NCBI GenBank assembly: GCA_963575745.1
Contig: CAUYUJ010000059.1
Location: 62,001-126,000, forward strand
Origin: Prorocentrum cordatum
Lineage: Eukaryota
Reading direction: 5' to 3'
DNA length: 64,000 nt
Positions 13,235 through 24,718 of this stretch are shown one piece after another. How positions within the stretch are numbered: position 1 is the first letter of the stretch; each line of letters opens with the position of its first letter. The position numbers and the translations under genes were made by a program. The notes beneath the pieces were generated by a model, which saw only the letters and a list, made by a program, of their open reading frames with translations, searched no databases and was not told the DNA's origin.

Positions 13235-13426
13235 TTAAGTCGGGCCTGTCCCCCTACAGGGGGATTTGCGACGAAAAATAAAAAATGCTTCAAAAATAGT
13301 CCAAGCATAGTCCAAGCATAGTCTGGGGATTATTATTGGATTCTTTTTTGACCTTTTTGGCGCATTTTTGGGGTATCTTTTATTTTTCGTCGAAAATCCC
13401 CCTGTAGGGGGACACGCCCGACATAA
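13235..13426. mobile_element. MITE family M2 (TIR TTAAGTCGGGCCTGTCCCCCTACAGGGGGATTT), chimeric copy
   Basis: ~45-bp TIRs; its two flanks (GTCTTGGC, CCCTGGCG) match other M2 ends rather than each other. Confidence 0.9.
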
Positions 13427-13648
13427 CCCTGGCGCTCCGGTCGACTACACGTAAGAGTGACCCTTCGCCGGAGTGACCTTTGGTGCGGGCCCATCGGGGT
13501 TCCCCGATCGCCGGACGCGAGGCGGCAGTGGCGTCCTGCGCGTCTGTGTGTTGGCCCCCCCGGCCGCCGTGGGGCCCCGCCTTCTTTCGCCTTCTCTCTG
13601 CTAATTAAAGCTGTTTCGCTCTCGCCCCGCAGATCGAAAAAGTGTTGG

Positions 13649-13922
13649 CCCCCCCGCGGCCCCCAGGAAGCCGCGCACCAGAGGTCACACTCTCACCCAG
13701 TGCCACTCTTGCGTGCAGCCGACCCTGGCGCTCCGGAGAAGCGGGACGCAACGTAGCAGCTCCGAGGCAGGATCTCTCTGCGGCGCCCCCGCGGCCCCCA
13801 GAAAGCCGCGCACCAAAGGGCGCTCTTACCCAGGGTCGTCACTCTTGCGTGGAGCGGGCCCTGGCGCTCTGGAGAAGCGGGACGCAACGCCGCAGCTCCG
13901 GGGCAGGCTCCTTCCTGCGGCG
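13649..13922. repeat. Two tandem ~136 bp units
   Basis: CTGGCGCTCYGGAGAAGCGGGACGCAACG at 13725 and 13861. Confidence 0.85.
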
Positions 13923-13978
13923 CGCCCCGCACCGCACCCGCGGCCGAGAGGAGCCACCGCGGCAGCAGAGGGCTCGGC

Positions 13979-14284
13979 TTTGTAAGCCGGGCCTGTCCCT
14001 CTACAGGAGGGATGTCCAAAAATAGTCGAAAAATAGTCTGGGGGCGATTTTTCTACTATTTTTGACCATTTGGGGGTAGCTTTCTATTGTTTTTAATTTT
14101 TAAGTTTTATCTGTATTCGACTATCTTTACTGCACGTTGCGACTATTTTTAATTCTTCATCGACTACTTTATACTGTATTTTTATTTTCAATGTTCGATT
14201 AACTTTTATTGTTATGCTGAACTTTTCGACTTTTTTTGAATTTTTCGTCGACGCTCGGCCCGCAGAGGGACGGGCCCGACGTAA
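13979..14284. mobile_element. MITE M2 with an expanded AT-rich interior
   Basis: M2 ends; flanks GGCTCGGC / GGCTCGCC (7/8). Confidence 0.75.
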
Positions 14285-14394
14285 GGCTCGCCCCGCCCGC
14301 GCCGGCCTTGCAGGCTCCGCCGCCCCGGCGGGCACAGGCGCGCTTTGCCCTGCTCCCTCCTCCCTCCAGCCCTTGGTATTGGTATTCCTTTTGG

Positions 14395-14790
14395 AAGGGG
14401 CCCTGAGACACACAAATAGATACACACTTTTTTGGTCGGCGGGGCGAGAGCGAACCTCTTCCGCTAAAAGCTAGGCGGGCTACGCACAGCTTTGATGAGG
14501 GAGACAGGGCACAGGCGGGCGGGGCCTCAGGCGGCCGGGGTGGGCGGGGCCCGGGGTGCAGGCGGTGCCGAAAAGCTTGCACAGGAAAAGGTACGCCGCG
14601 GACAGGGGCCGGAGGCGAAGATCCGGAGGGTAAGGCAAATACATACACAAATAGCAGGAATACCTATATTTTTCTAACATGTTCAGGGTGTTTGTCTTCC
14701 CCCCCACTTCCCATATGTTCCCATACTTTCTGGGGAATCGACGGTTGATTGTGTCTGTGTGTTTGTTGTCCCCCTGACTTTTGCGTCGAC
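14395..14790 (-). repeat. Dispersed repeat family (ACACAGACAC...CGTCGAYTCCCAGGAAA...TGGGAAGTGGGG...GGGCCCCTT); inverted partner of 18610-19161
   Basis: The reverse complement aligns with 18610-18720 and 18923-19161; further copies at 44670-46765, 59140-59870, 60060-60348 and 62735-62880. Confidence 0.8.
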
Positions 14791-15862
14791 CAGGGGAGCC
14801 TGCGGCCCCCGCGAAGAGGGGGGGCGCGCCCAGCATGCCTGGGGCGCGCGCGGGACTACACACCACAGGGTTGACCCCTCGAGGCTGTTCCCGACCGGCC
14901 TCTCCTCCCTCCTTCCCAGACCAGCCACGCCTGGAGGAATTGCGATCCTCACCCCCTGGGGGACCGATCGGTTCCGACATCCCCTTCGGGAGGTCGTCGA
15001 AGCATGATTTCCCGGTGGAGCGAGGAGATTTCGGAAATTGGGGCCCGAGCCCTTTAACCCTTCAGGATCGAGGACTGAGGCTTCAAGGATTGGGCACAGG
15101 ACCTGAGGACCCCACTCCGTGCCCAGCGGTACGGTGGCGAGAGACCCTCGACGTGATGGTTTTCCCCAGCGGGGCACGGAACACAGCTTCCCTGGTCGTA
15201 CTTAGCTGGTCGGCGTCCTCCTCTCCACCACCCAGGCCCCTGGGGTTGGGGCCACCCGCGACGAGGAGCGGTCGCGGCAGGCTGGCCGCTGCCCGTCTGC
15301 TTTCTTAGATCTGCTTGCCCCCACTGAAGGGTTCGGTAATCTCTTTCTCTCTTGCCACTCTTGCCATCTTTCTCCTCTGTATCTGTCTCTTTTGCCGCCC
15401 TCGTTCTTTCTGTCCCTTGTAGGTGGTGCTTTCTACGCCACCCTGCGCCGCAGCAACCTGCGCCGCCCCAGCAATGCGAGAACGCCACCTGCCACATCCG
15501 TCGTGCGGCGACGACCTCTCTGTGAGAGAGAGGGGCACGGAGAATCCGAGAGGTTCAAGGGCGGCCCCAGGGATCCGTGGATCTCTGCGGAGTGTCCCCG
15601 AGGTTTCCGCGGAGGTTCCTTGGGCTCGGTGGGAGGCCTCGTTCGGGGGGCTCCGTCCCCGAATACTTGAGTATGTCCGAGCAGGATTTTACGTCGGTGG
15701 CGATCACGCGGAGCTCCGTGCAGCAATCACAGCTTGCGGTGCGAGCGCGCGCGCGCGTGTGCCGCTCGGAGGGGAGGGGAGCTTTCCTTGCGCGGCATCG
15801 ACCACGAACAACCTGCAAACAGTTCCAGGTGGAGACGTTCGTTTCTGACGCGCTGGCAGGAA

Positions 15863-16337
15863 CGATTTTCCCCAATTAGGCTTGCCCGAGGGGTTCTTAC
15901 TTGGTTAAAGGTTGGTGCCTCGGGAGGCTACTTTGCCTCTTCCTCGGAGGTTCCCCGGGTTCCTCAGGTTCTCCAGGTTCCTCAGGTTCCCCGGGTTCTC
16001 CGGGTTCCTCGGGTTCCCTGGGTTCCTCAGGTTCGCCGCCTCCGTTGCCCAGAGGTTCCACGGGTTCCTCAGATTCCCTGGCTTCCTCGGGTTCCTCGGG
16101 TCCCCCGGGTTCCTCGGGTTTCTTGGGTTTCTCGGGATCCCCGCCTCGGGTCCAAGCAATGCCAAACAATGCCAAACAATGCGAAGCAATGCCAATCAAT
16201 GCGAAGCAATGCCAAGCAATGCCAAGCAATTCCAGGCAATGTCAAGAAGTGCCAGGCAATGCCAAGCAATGCCAAGCTCTGCGCCCATGCAATAGGAAGC
16301 TTGCAGCTTTCCCCTCATTTGGGTCGCGCTGGGATCA
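15863..16337 (+). mobile_element. Conserved-end cassette carrying 9-bp GGTTCCTC(A/G) and 10-bp CAAGCAATGC arrays
   Basis: 5' block (TAGGCT...GGGTTCTTACT) and 3' block (GGGTCGCRCTGGGATCA) are shared with 32707-33259. Confidence 0.65.
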
Positions 16338-16772
16338 TTTCCAACGCGAAGGGGGACCTACTCACATCTTTCGGAGGGTGATGCGCAGCTTTGCTTCGGG
16401 CTCTGAGGGCGCACTCCGCATACGACAAGTGGTGGCGACCCTCGACGCAGAACACATGAGAAACAGTCGCGTCCGTGATTGGCTCGAGCCGACAGGGGGC
16501 CTAGGCAGGGAGCGAGGCGGACGAGGAGGAGGAGGAGGGCGAGGTCCCGGAGGGGCCCCGTGGAGTCCCCTGGAGGCCCGTGGGGGCTTCCCGAGCCCAA
16601 AGAGGTTACAGAGGCGCTCGCGTAACACGTGCCCTCGATCGATGAGCGAACGGCGCACGAGCTCGGAGGAGAGGGAGGATGAGGGTGAGGAGGGGGCGTG
16701 GGAGGAGGAGGAGGCCCGCCGAGCCTCGGTCGATGCGGAGGCGGAGGAGGGAGGAAGGAGGGAGAGGAGGTC

Positions 16773-16811
<39 letters not shown>

Positions 16812-17521
16812 AAAAAAAAGAAGGGGACGAGGAAACGAGCAACAAGAGAAGTCGTCGGTCGCGGGGCCGGCGGAGGAGGACAACGCAGGGAGGAGGGAGG
16901 CAGAGGAGGTCGAGGGGGTACGAGGAGAGGAGCCACCAAAAGGGCGCCCTCGATCGATGGGCCGGCGGAGGCGGGACGCGGGGAGCATCGCGGGAGGGAG
17001 GCCCCCCCGCAGGACCCGTGGGGCGGCGCGGCGGCGGCGCCGCGGAGGCGCGGCGGGTGCGGGGGCGAGAGAGAGAGGGGCACGATCTCGCTCCCTCCTC
17101 GCACAGTCAAGACCAGGGGCGCCGACAGGGGGGACCCCCTCCTCAGGGCTCATCTCGGCTCCTCCAACTTCGATCCGATGTCGATGGCTTCCGATTCCTC
17201 TTCGACCTGGTATTTCGATTAGGGTTCCAGTCTCGCACGGGACGCATACTGGCCTGCCGATTTCCGCCGATTCGACATCTCCCGACTCGGCTGCCGATTG
17301 CCCCCGATCTGATCCATCTCGATCGCCGATCCGACTTTCGATTCTGAGCTCTCCTGCCTCCTCCTCCTCCTCCTCCTCTTCCTCCTCCTCCTCCTCCTCC
17401 TCCTCCTCCTCCTCCTTTCCTGCTCCCGCTCTGCAGGGCCCCGTCGTGTCGGTCCGGAGCGCCAGCGCGTGGGGCGGGGGCCGGCCCAGGGGAAAGCGGC
17501 ATCGGCACCCGATGTCGTTGA

Positions 17522-17827
17522 TCGGGGGTGGACAGACCTCCTTACCCTGACACGTCGATGAGTGAATGGGCCGTTTTCGGTTCGCGAGAGGGCGTCACGG
17601 CCGTCATTTCTGCGGGTCCAGATCCGTCGGTTTCGGTTTTGGGCCATTTTCACTGAAGGGTGATTGACTGAAGGGAGGTTTGTCCACCGCCGAGAGGGGG
17701 GGGAGGAGGAGGAGGGGGAGGAGGAGGAGGAGGAGGAGGAGGAGGGGAAGGAGGAGGAGGAGGAGCAGGAGGAGGAGGAGGAGGAGGAGGAGGAGGAGGA
17801 GGAGGAGGGAGGTCTGTCCACCGCCGA
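17522..17827. mobile_element. MITE family M4 (TIR TCGGNGGTGGACAGACCTCC)
   Basis: Left TIR at 17522; right TIRs end at ~17693 and ~17827; homologous to 60411-60728; left-end fragment near 13188. Confidence 0.7.
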
Positions 17828-18720
17828 GTGGAGCCTTGGCCGATCGGGGCGGCCCGGGTGCCCCAGCCACCGCCCAGGAGCAGCGGCTTTCGCCATCGGG
17901 GGGGGCCTTTCTCGCGGATCCCTCGGCGACGGACCGCCAATACCAGGTCCTTGTCTGTTCCAAGGCCCCCTCGCGCTTTCCTAGGGGCTCCAACTTCTAG
18001 GTAAGGTCGCACTGGGGCAATGTTTTTCATTTTTCGTCGAGAATCCCCCTCTAGGGGGACACGCCCGACATAAGTCTTGGCCGATCGGGGCGGCCTGGGT
18101 GTCCCAACCACCGCCCAGGAGAGGCGGCTTTCGCCATCGGGGGGGGGGCCTTTCTCGTGGATCTCTCGGCGACGGACCGCCAATGGTTTCTAGGCCCCCC
18201 CCCCCAGGCGGCGGGCCAGCCACCTGGGGGTCGACCTCGCCCGCGGGAGACGCCAGGCCAGAGCCGCGCGGGCCGGCCGAGAGGCCCAGCGCCGCACCGC
18301 GCGCGGGAACATCTGCAGGCACGCATGTGTTCCTCAGAAGCATCGTTACACAGGTCGTCTGGAGAAGCAAAACGCCCGAGCTGCAGGCGCGCACGGTCAC
18401 CGAATGCACGGCACGTCCGGGGCCAAGCTGACCTTGTTTGTTCCAAGGCCCCCTCGCGCTGCGAACAGAATCACGACGGGAAGCCGTTCGCTGTGTTCGG
18501 CCTCCGGGGACCCTTGCCAGGCCTCGGGGCCGCCGAAGAGCGACTCCGGAGGAAGCACAGGGCCCGGGGAAAAGGGGCCCAGACCTCTGGGGGCCGACGC
18601 TGCTGGAACAAAAAACACACACAGACACCAGGAAGCGTCGATGCCCCAGATCTGGAAGGTGGGGAGGGGAGGAAAGTGGGGAGGGGAGACAAAGACCCGG
18701 AGAACAGGGGAAACTATGGT

Positions 18721-18871
18721 CAGGAGCGAAAGAAGGACGCACATGTACATGAATCCACGCTGGTTTCGAGAGCACGCATTGCACAAATGTTCGTATAACG
18801 CGGCCGGTCTCGCGAATCGAGGGGCCGTGTTCATGTACATAGCTGGGCGCGTACGTCCTTTGTGGGCTCCC
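18721..18871. mobile_element. ~150-bp palindromic insert
   Basis: AAGGACGCAC / GTACGTCCTT and ATGTACATGAA / TTCATGTACAT inverted pairs; interrupts a dispersed repeat. Confidence 0.5.
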
Positions 18872-19514
18872 TATATGGGTCCTCCTGTTATCTGTGTCGT
18901 TGACGGCGACACCACTTCGCTCTCCCTCCGGGACTTCGCCTCCTGCTCCTGTCCAGGGCGTACCTTTTCCTGTGCAAGCTCTTCGGCACCGCCTGCACCC
19001 CGCGCCCTCCGGCCGCCTGAGGCCCCGCCCGCCCGCGCCCCCCAATTAGTGTTTTGCGCGCCCCGCCTAGCTCTTAACCGGAAGAGGCCCGCTCTCGACC
19101 CGCAGACCAACAAAAACATGTTATCTGTGTCGATCTATGGGCGTGTCCCAGGGCCCCTTTCACAGATCACGACGGCGGGGGTCTGGGCTTCGCCCGCCCT
19201 CCCCTTCCGTCCGGTTGCAGCCCGGGCGCTGGCGTGGCGGCCACGCGTCGGGCTCGGAAAAGGGGGCCCAGGCTCCCAGGCCTCCTCCTCCTCCTCCTCC
19301 TCTTCCTCCTCCTCCTCCTCCTCCTCCTCCTCCTCGCTCATCCTACTCCTCCTCCTCATCCTCCTCCTCCTCCTCCTCCTCCTCCTTCCCTCTTCTTCCT
19401 CCTCCTCCTCCTCGCTCACTCCTCCTCCTCCTCCATTCTCCTCCTCCTCCTCCTCCTCCTCCTCCTCCCTCCTCCTTCCATAGTCCAGCAGGGCTGGGAG
19501 TTCCTCTGATCTCC

Positions 19515-20679
19515 GAGAGCGTGTTCTACCGCTGCTGGCGGAACACCGGGGGGGTCACTACCGGTTCGAGCCCATCCCCCCCCCCCCTCAGGAAAACCGG
19601 GGGGGTCACTACCGGTTCGAACCCCTTCCCCCCCCCCTCAGCTCATCATGAAAAGGGGGGGGGTCACTACCGGTTCGAACCCCCCCCCCCCCTCGAAAAC
19701 CGAGTGGGGGTGCGGACAGTGGTGGGGACGGTGTTGGTGGGGACAGTGGTGAGGGGACAGCGGGACAGTGGTGGGGACAGTGGGACAGTGGGACAGTGGT
19801 GGGGACGGTAGTGGTGGGGACAGTGGTGGGGACAATGGTGGGAACAGGGGGGACAGTGGACAGTGGTGGGGACGGTGGTGGTGGGGACAGTGGTGTGGGG
19901 ACAGTGGGAATGAGGTGGAAACAGTGGGACAGTGGAGGGTACAATGGTGGTGGGGACAGTGGTGAAGGCGGTGGCGAGGACGGCGGTGGGACAATGGGAC
20001 AGAGGTACAGTGGGGACAGTGGTGGGGACAGTGGGGACAGTGGTGGGGACAGTGGGACAGCTCAGTGGGACAGCGGAGGAGTCAGTGGGACAGTGGGGAC
20101 AGTGGGGATAGGCAGTGGTTGGGTCCGTGGAGACAGTGGGAGAGTGGAACCGTGGTGGGAACAGTTGTGGGAACAGTGGGGACAGTGCGACAGTGGTGGG
20201 GGCACTGGTGGGGACAATAGGGACGGTGGTGGAACCAGTGGGGGCAGTGGTGGTGAGGACAGTGGTGCTGGGAACAACAGTGGGGGATGTGATGCGAGCG
20301 GTGGTAGGGACCGGGAGTCGTTTGCTGGCGGTGCGTGGGGGTGGGGGGGGGGTCGAACCGGTAGTGACCCCCCTCCGGTTTTCGAGGGGGGGGTGTTTCC
20401 CACCTTAGTGACACCCCCCCGTTTTTCCGGATCCGGGGGGGGGGGGGGGGTGGGGGGGGGGGAGGGTTCGAACCGTTAGTGCACCCCACCCCGGTTTTCG
20501 AGGGGGAGGGGGTATGGAGGGGTTTAGCCTGGAGGGATGGGTGGTGGGGGTGGGGTGGGGGGGAGTGTTTCCAGAGGGGTGGGGGGGGGGGGATTTCTCG
20601 AGGGGGGGGGGAGACACCCGGGCTCCGGAGGAAAAGGTTGGCAATTTTCCACAGTAAAGCGGCGGTGGATCACGCTCTC
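19515..20679. mobile_element. Non-autonomous Mutator/foldback-like element, 1165 bp
   Basis: Perfect 10-bp TSD TCTGATCTCC (19505-19514, 20680-20689); 22-bp TIR GAGAGCGTGWTCYACCGCYGCT; inverted subterminal GTCACTACCGGTTCGA repeats; GGGGACAGTGGT core. Confidence 0.9.
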
Positions 20680-21046
20680 TCTGATCTCCCCAGAGCCCCC
20701 TCGAGCCAGGAAGAAAACTCACGGCGGGAGGTGTCTGTGTGTCCGAATGTTCGGCCTCCTGGGGCCCTCGCCGGGCCTCGGGAGCGTCAAGACGCGACTC
20801 AGGATGCAGAGCCGGTCACGGGGAAAGGGTCGGGACCTCTGGGGTTATGATGTTCCAACCTACTTGAGCCTGGATCACCAGGCAGAATGTCGAGCGCCCA
20901 AAAAAGTAACTACCGAAACTCGAGGGCTTTCACGCGTCGGGCCCTGGGAGACACTCGCCCGACACTGTTTCGACACTCTTTTGACACTTTTCCGGGTGCT
21001 CCAAATTATTTCTGGGATGCGGTCCTTCAGTGGGATGGGAACCACA

Positions 21047-21184
21047 TGAGCCGAAACGGTGTTTTGGCGTTTTCGTGGGCCGTTTTCGGTTCGACTTCGT
21101 TTTGCGGTAAAGGCGGAATGAAGACAAAACAAGGGAAAACGGAAACACAACGAGAACGAGAAACACCGTTTAGGTTCAGCCTTG
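21047..21184. mobile_element. Left-truncated copy of the hAT-like MITE at 63540
   Basis: AAACGGTGTTTTGGCG...AAACACCGTTTAGGTTCAGCC. Confidence 0.8.
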
Positions 21185-21194
21185 GTGTCCAGCG

Positions 21195-21425
21195 TCCTTT
21201 GGGAGTGATTCGAGCACTGGCGAAGCGTCCCGGCTTTTCCTGTGGGCCCACCAGAACATGTTCTGAGAACCTTCTGTGGTTTGCACGGACCTGTTCTTAG
21301 AACATGTCTGGCTGTGATTGCCTTGTTGTCGGGTCTATGTTCTAAGCGTTTCTGTTCTTAGAACTATTTCGGGAGTCGAAGAAGGTAGGCCTAACGGATT
21401 TCCGGGACGGTCGGTCCTTGCTCAG
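21195..21425 (+). mobile_element. Repeat family M3 with an internal GTTCTNAGAAC array
   Basis: GGCGAAGCGTCC start and GGTAGG...CCGGGA.GGTCG.TCC.TGCTCA end are shared with 55730-55974 and 63051-63300. Confidence 0.75.
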
Positions 21426-21990
21426 AGGATGGCAGCACGATGCTTGCGGGGCAGTTGTCTGGGCACTTCCAGCCCAGCGCCGTTGCAACCATTCTTTTGC
21501 TCTCGGGATGTCCAGGCCTTCACCGTGGGGCTCGGGCAGACGGGGTCAGAGGATCGCGAGGTACCGCCGATGCTTGCGCGGTGCATGCCAGTCTGGAGCC
21601 CGCTCGCCTCCATCCCGCCGCGTCCGATGCAGCGCCAACGCGTCTTCGATGCGGGGCGATCCGCTGACCCGAGCTGCTCTGGCCCGACCTGGGAGGCCTC
21701 CGGGGTGTGCGCCTGGCCTCTCCGTCGGACCGAAACCCTCAACAGCGAGGGCGGAATGAAGTGCTCCATCAAGGCTTATCCTGCGGTTGATTCCACATGT
21801 CGTCGCGCGGTCTGTGCCGACGCGCGGCCGTGCGTCTCGGGGAGGGCGCCTCGGCCATTTGGGCGAACTCCGCCTTGGAAGCAAGGCCAACTCGCCGTGG
21901 GCTTCGCCGCGGCGCCAACTTTCCAGCGGAACTCACCGGCGTGTACACCGTGTTCTCTTACATCTTCGTGTTCGGCAGTGCGCGAATGCA
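21426..21990 (-). pseudogene. Possible RTE-like LINE C-terminal relic
   Basis: Frameshifted RISL/MEHFIPPSLL, RRDGGERAPDWH and WLQRRWAG, in the order recalled for the post-RT region (R.L....P.LL, GE...DW, RWAGH). Confidence 0.35.
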
Positions 21991-22441
21991 AATAATTCCC
22001 TCCCCCTCCCCCCCTCCTTCCCAAATCTATCCTCCCCTTCCCCATCCTTCCTCTCCTCTCGCCATCTCCCACTCCCCCATTCCCTCTCTTCCGTTCCCCC
22101 ACCTCCATGTCCCCATCCATCGCTCCCCCACCTTCCGGGCCACCTTCCGAGCCGCTGCGGGGGGCGGCGGCGGGGGAGGGGGACAGCAGAGGAGGAGGAG
22201 GAGGAGGAGGAGGAGGAGGAGGAGGAGGAGGAGGAGGAGGGGAGGAGGAGGAGGAGGAGGAGGAGGAGGAGGAGGAGGAGGAGGAGGAGGAGGCGCGCAC
22301 GATCAACACGCTGGGCCGCCGTCGTTCCCGCCGCTCCCCTTTTCGACCCAGCTCCATGGCGCAGCGCAGCCTTCTTCTGCGCACGAGCAGTCGCTGCTTC
22401 CCTCGCAGTCGCCGCCGCGAGCGCGGGTGCGCTCGCGCGAG

Positions 22442-22480
<39 letters not shown>

Positions 22481-23389
22481 CTGCCGCCGCCGCCGCCGTT
22501 CATCGCCGCCCTCGTCGCCCCTTCCCCCATCCCGCCGCCTCATCGCGTCCCTCCCCCCCCCGCCGCTTGCACGCACGGTGCGCGCAGCCTCTCGTCCCCG
22601 GCGCGCTGGCGCCTGCGAGAGCGGTCTGTTTCACCTCGAGGCAAGCGCTCACGGAGCCCGGCCTGCGACCGAGGAGCCCCCTTTCTGTGCTCCTGCCTGC
22701 CCCTCTGCGTGGCCGCTCGCTGCCTGCGGCGGGCTCGGGCGGCGTCGCGGCGCGCCCGCGACGCCGGCACGTGGCGCCGCCTGGGGGCTCGCTGCGGGCC
22801 CCAGGGCAAAAAGAAAACTGCCCGCGGCGCGAAATCCGTGCGAGAGGTTGCGTCGACAGCCTCTGGGGCCCTTCGAGGACGGAGATCCTTCGCGACTGAA
22901 CGGTTCACGCGGCTCGAGAGGCGTACACACGGTGCGCACAGATATACAGACCACAGGTTCGCGGCGACCGGCTGCGCGACGCCAGTTGCGACCAGCTACG
23001 CGACGCCAGTTGCAGTGCTCGTAGGCAGCGGCGATGGCGCCATGGCGATCGTGCCGAGGCCAACACTGGGCGCCGTCGTCGGCACCGGCGCCAAGTCGGC
23101 CCACGACGACGGCGGCGATGGCGACGAGTCAGAGCGTGGCGGCGGCGGCGGCGTGGGGGTGGCGATGGCCGCGGTGCCGGCGCGGCCGCCGTGGAAGCGC
23201 CGGCAGCGGCGGTCGGCCCCCTCGATCGGTCAGAAGAGTGCTGGCCCCCGCCCACACCCGCGCAGCTCTGGCAGCGTGGCGCCCAGCCCCGTCGCCGACG
23301 CCAGCGGCAGCTGGACCGCGAGGGGGGGACGCAAGCGGGGTCGCGCGCGGTCGTGCGTCGGGGAAGACGCAGTGACATACGACATAGGG

Positions 23390-23581
23390 TTGTGGAGGTC
23401 GATTAATGGAGAGGAGGCATGCTGCCACATAGTTCCCAGATGTCTAAAACATGTTTCAAGCATGTTTTGAATATGTTAAAGCATGTTTTATACATTTACC
23501 GGACATGTTCCCGACATTTTAAACACATCTTTTAATTCGATGATAGGACTGTTAGGGTGTCCATTCTCGTGGCGTTCACAA
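23390..23581. mobile_element. MITE M1, 192 bp
   Basis: Flanks ACATAGGG / ACATAGGT (7/8); internal ACATGT repeats. Confidence 0.85.
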
Positions 23582-23596
23582 ACATAGGTAAACATA

Positions 23597-23738
23597 AACT
23601 TTGGGAGGTCCGCGCGGATTTTCTGACTCGCGCTGGAGCCCCTTGCCGGCGCCTCCGGCGCCGCCCCTGGCGCGCCTGGTGCGCCAGGGAGGGGGGTCCA
23701 ACGCCGATCTAAGAAATCCGCGCGGACCTCCAAAAGTG
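23597..23738. mobile_element. Tc1/mariner-type MITE, 142 bp, TA TSD
   Basis: TIR ACTTTKGGAGGTCCGCGCGGATTT; TA on both sides. Confidence 0.85.
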
Positions 23739-24237
23739 TATCGAAGACGCCTACGGCGAATCACCGCCGCCCTCTGCCTTTTAGAATCGCCCATGTAGCC
23801 GAGCGTTGTGGCGAGAGCTCGAGGTGAGTGGCGTCCACAGCAGCCAAGATAAGATTCGGGCGTTGTGCCGGGGCACAGCCATCCATTGCGCTCCGCATCC
23901 GAGTCGAGCGCAAACCCGTCACACGGGACAGACCAGGTCCCTCCCCCCCTCGACCACTCGGACACTGGCGAACATCTTCGCCGATCGCTGGGAAGAACAG
24001 CTCAGCGACCCCGAAGCGCGCCCAGGGCAGCTCGAGCAATGCGGCACGCGGCCGCGATGCTGTCGTGACCGACCCGGCCGAGATCAGGCAGCAATGGGGG
24101 GGGTCCGAGAGGCGTGCCGTGAGATGCCAAGGGCGCCTGCGGCGCCCCCACGCCGAAGTGGCTTCTGCACATGGCTTTCGGCGCCGTGGCCGCGTTCCCC
24201 CGCGCGGGTGCTTCGGAGAGCAGCTCCCGGCTTAAGA

Positions 24238-24429
24238 TCAAGTCGGGCCTGCCCCCTTGCAGGGGGATTTCGGGCGAAAAGTGAGAGATACCTCCAACAT
24301 GCCAAGAAAAGGCCAAAACATATTGGGAACATAGTCCCCAGACAATTGTTTCATTATTGTTTGAGTATTTCGGGGGTATCTTGTATTTTTCGTCGAAAAT
24401 CCCCCTGTAGGGGGACAGGCCCGACGTAA
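24238..24429. mobile_element. MITE M2, 192 bp
   Basis: Perfect 8-bp TSD GCTTAAGA (24230-24237, 24430-24437). Confidence 0.92.
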
Positions 24430-24525
24430 GCTTAAGAATGCCCAGCAGCAGCTCCATGGGAGTCACCACCTTGTAACACACAGGCTGCGTGGCGCCCTAG
24501 GCCCTCGCGAGGAGCTCCGCTGAGA

Positions 24526-24718
24526 ATGTGGAAGTCGATTAATGGGGAGAGGAAGCGTGCTGCCAAATAATTTCCAGATGTCTAGAAGGTGTGTCAACCA
24601 TGTTTCAAATATGTAGACGCGTGTTTGAAACATGTTTAGAACATGTTTTACGCATTAAAAACACATCTTTAATTCAATGGTAGGACAAGTAGAGTGTCCA
24701 TTGTCATGGCATCCACAA
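24526..24718. mobile_element. MITE M1, 193 bp
   Basis: TGTGGA...TCCACA ends; flanks CGCTGAGA / TGCTAAGA (6/8). Confidence 0.85.

Noticed and set aside
9873..13321. Very long ORFs (906, 631, 595, 469 aa) resembling mucin or acidic proteins
   Set aside because: Stop-free GAC/GCC repeats are open in most frames on both strands; no domain evidence.
13235..13426. M2 as a TA/TTAA-targeting (Tc1, Harbinger or piggyBac) element
   Set aside because: TTAA-like bases belong to the TIR; several copies show 8-bp duplications outside it.
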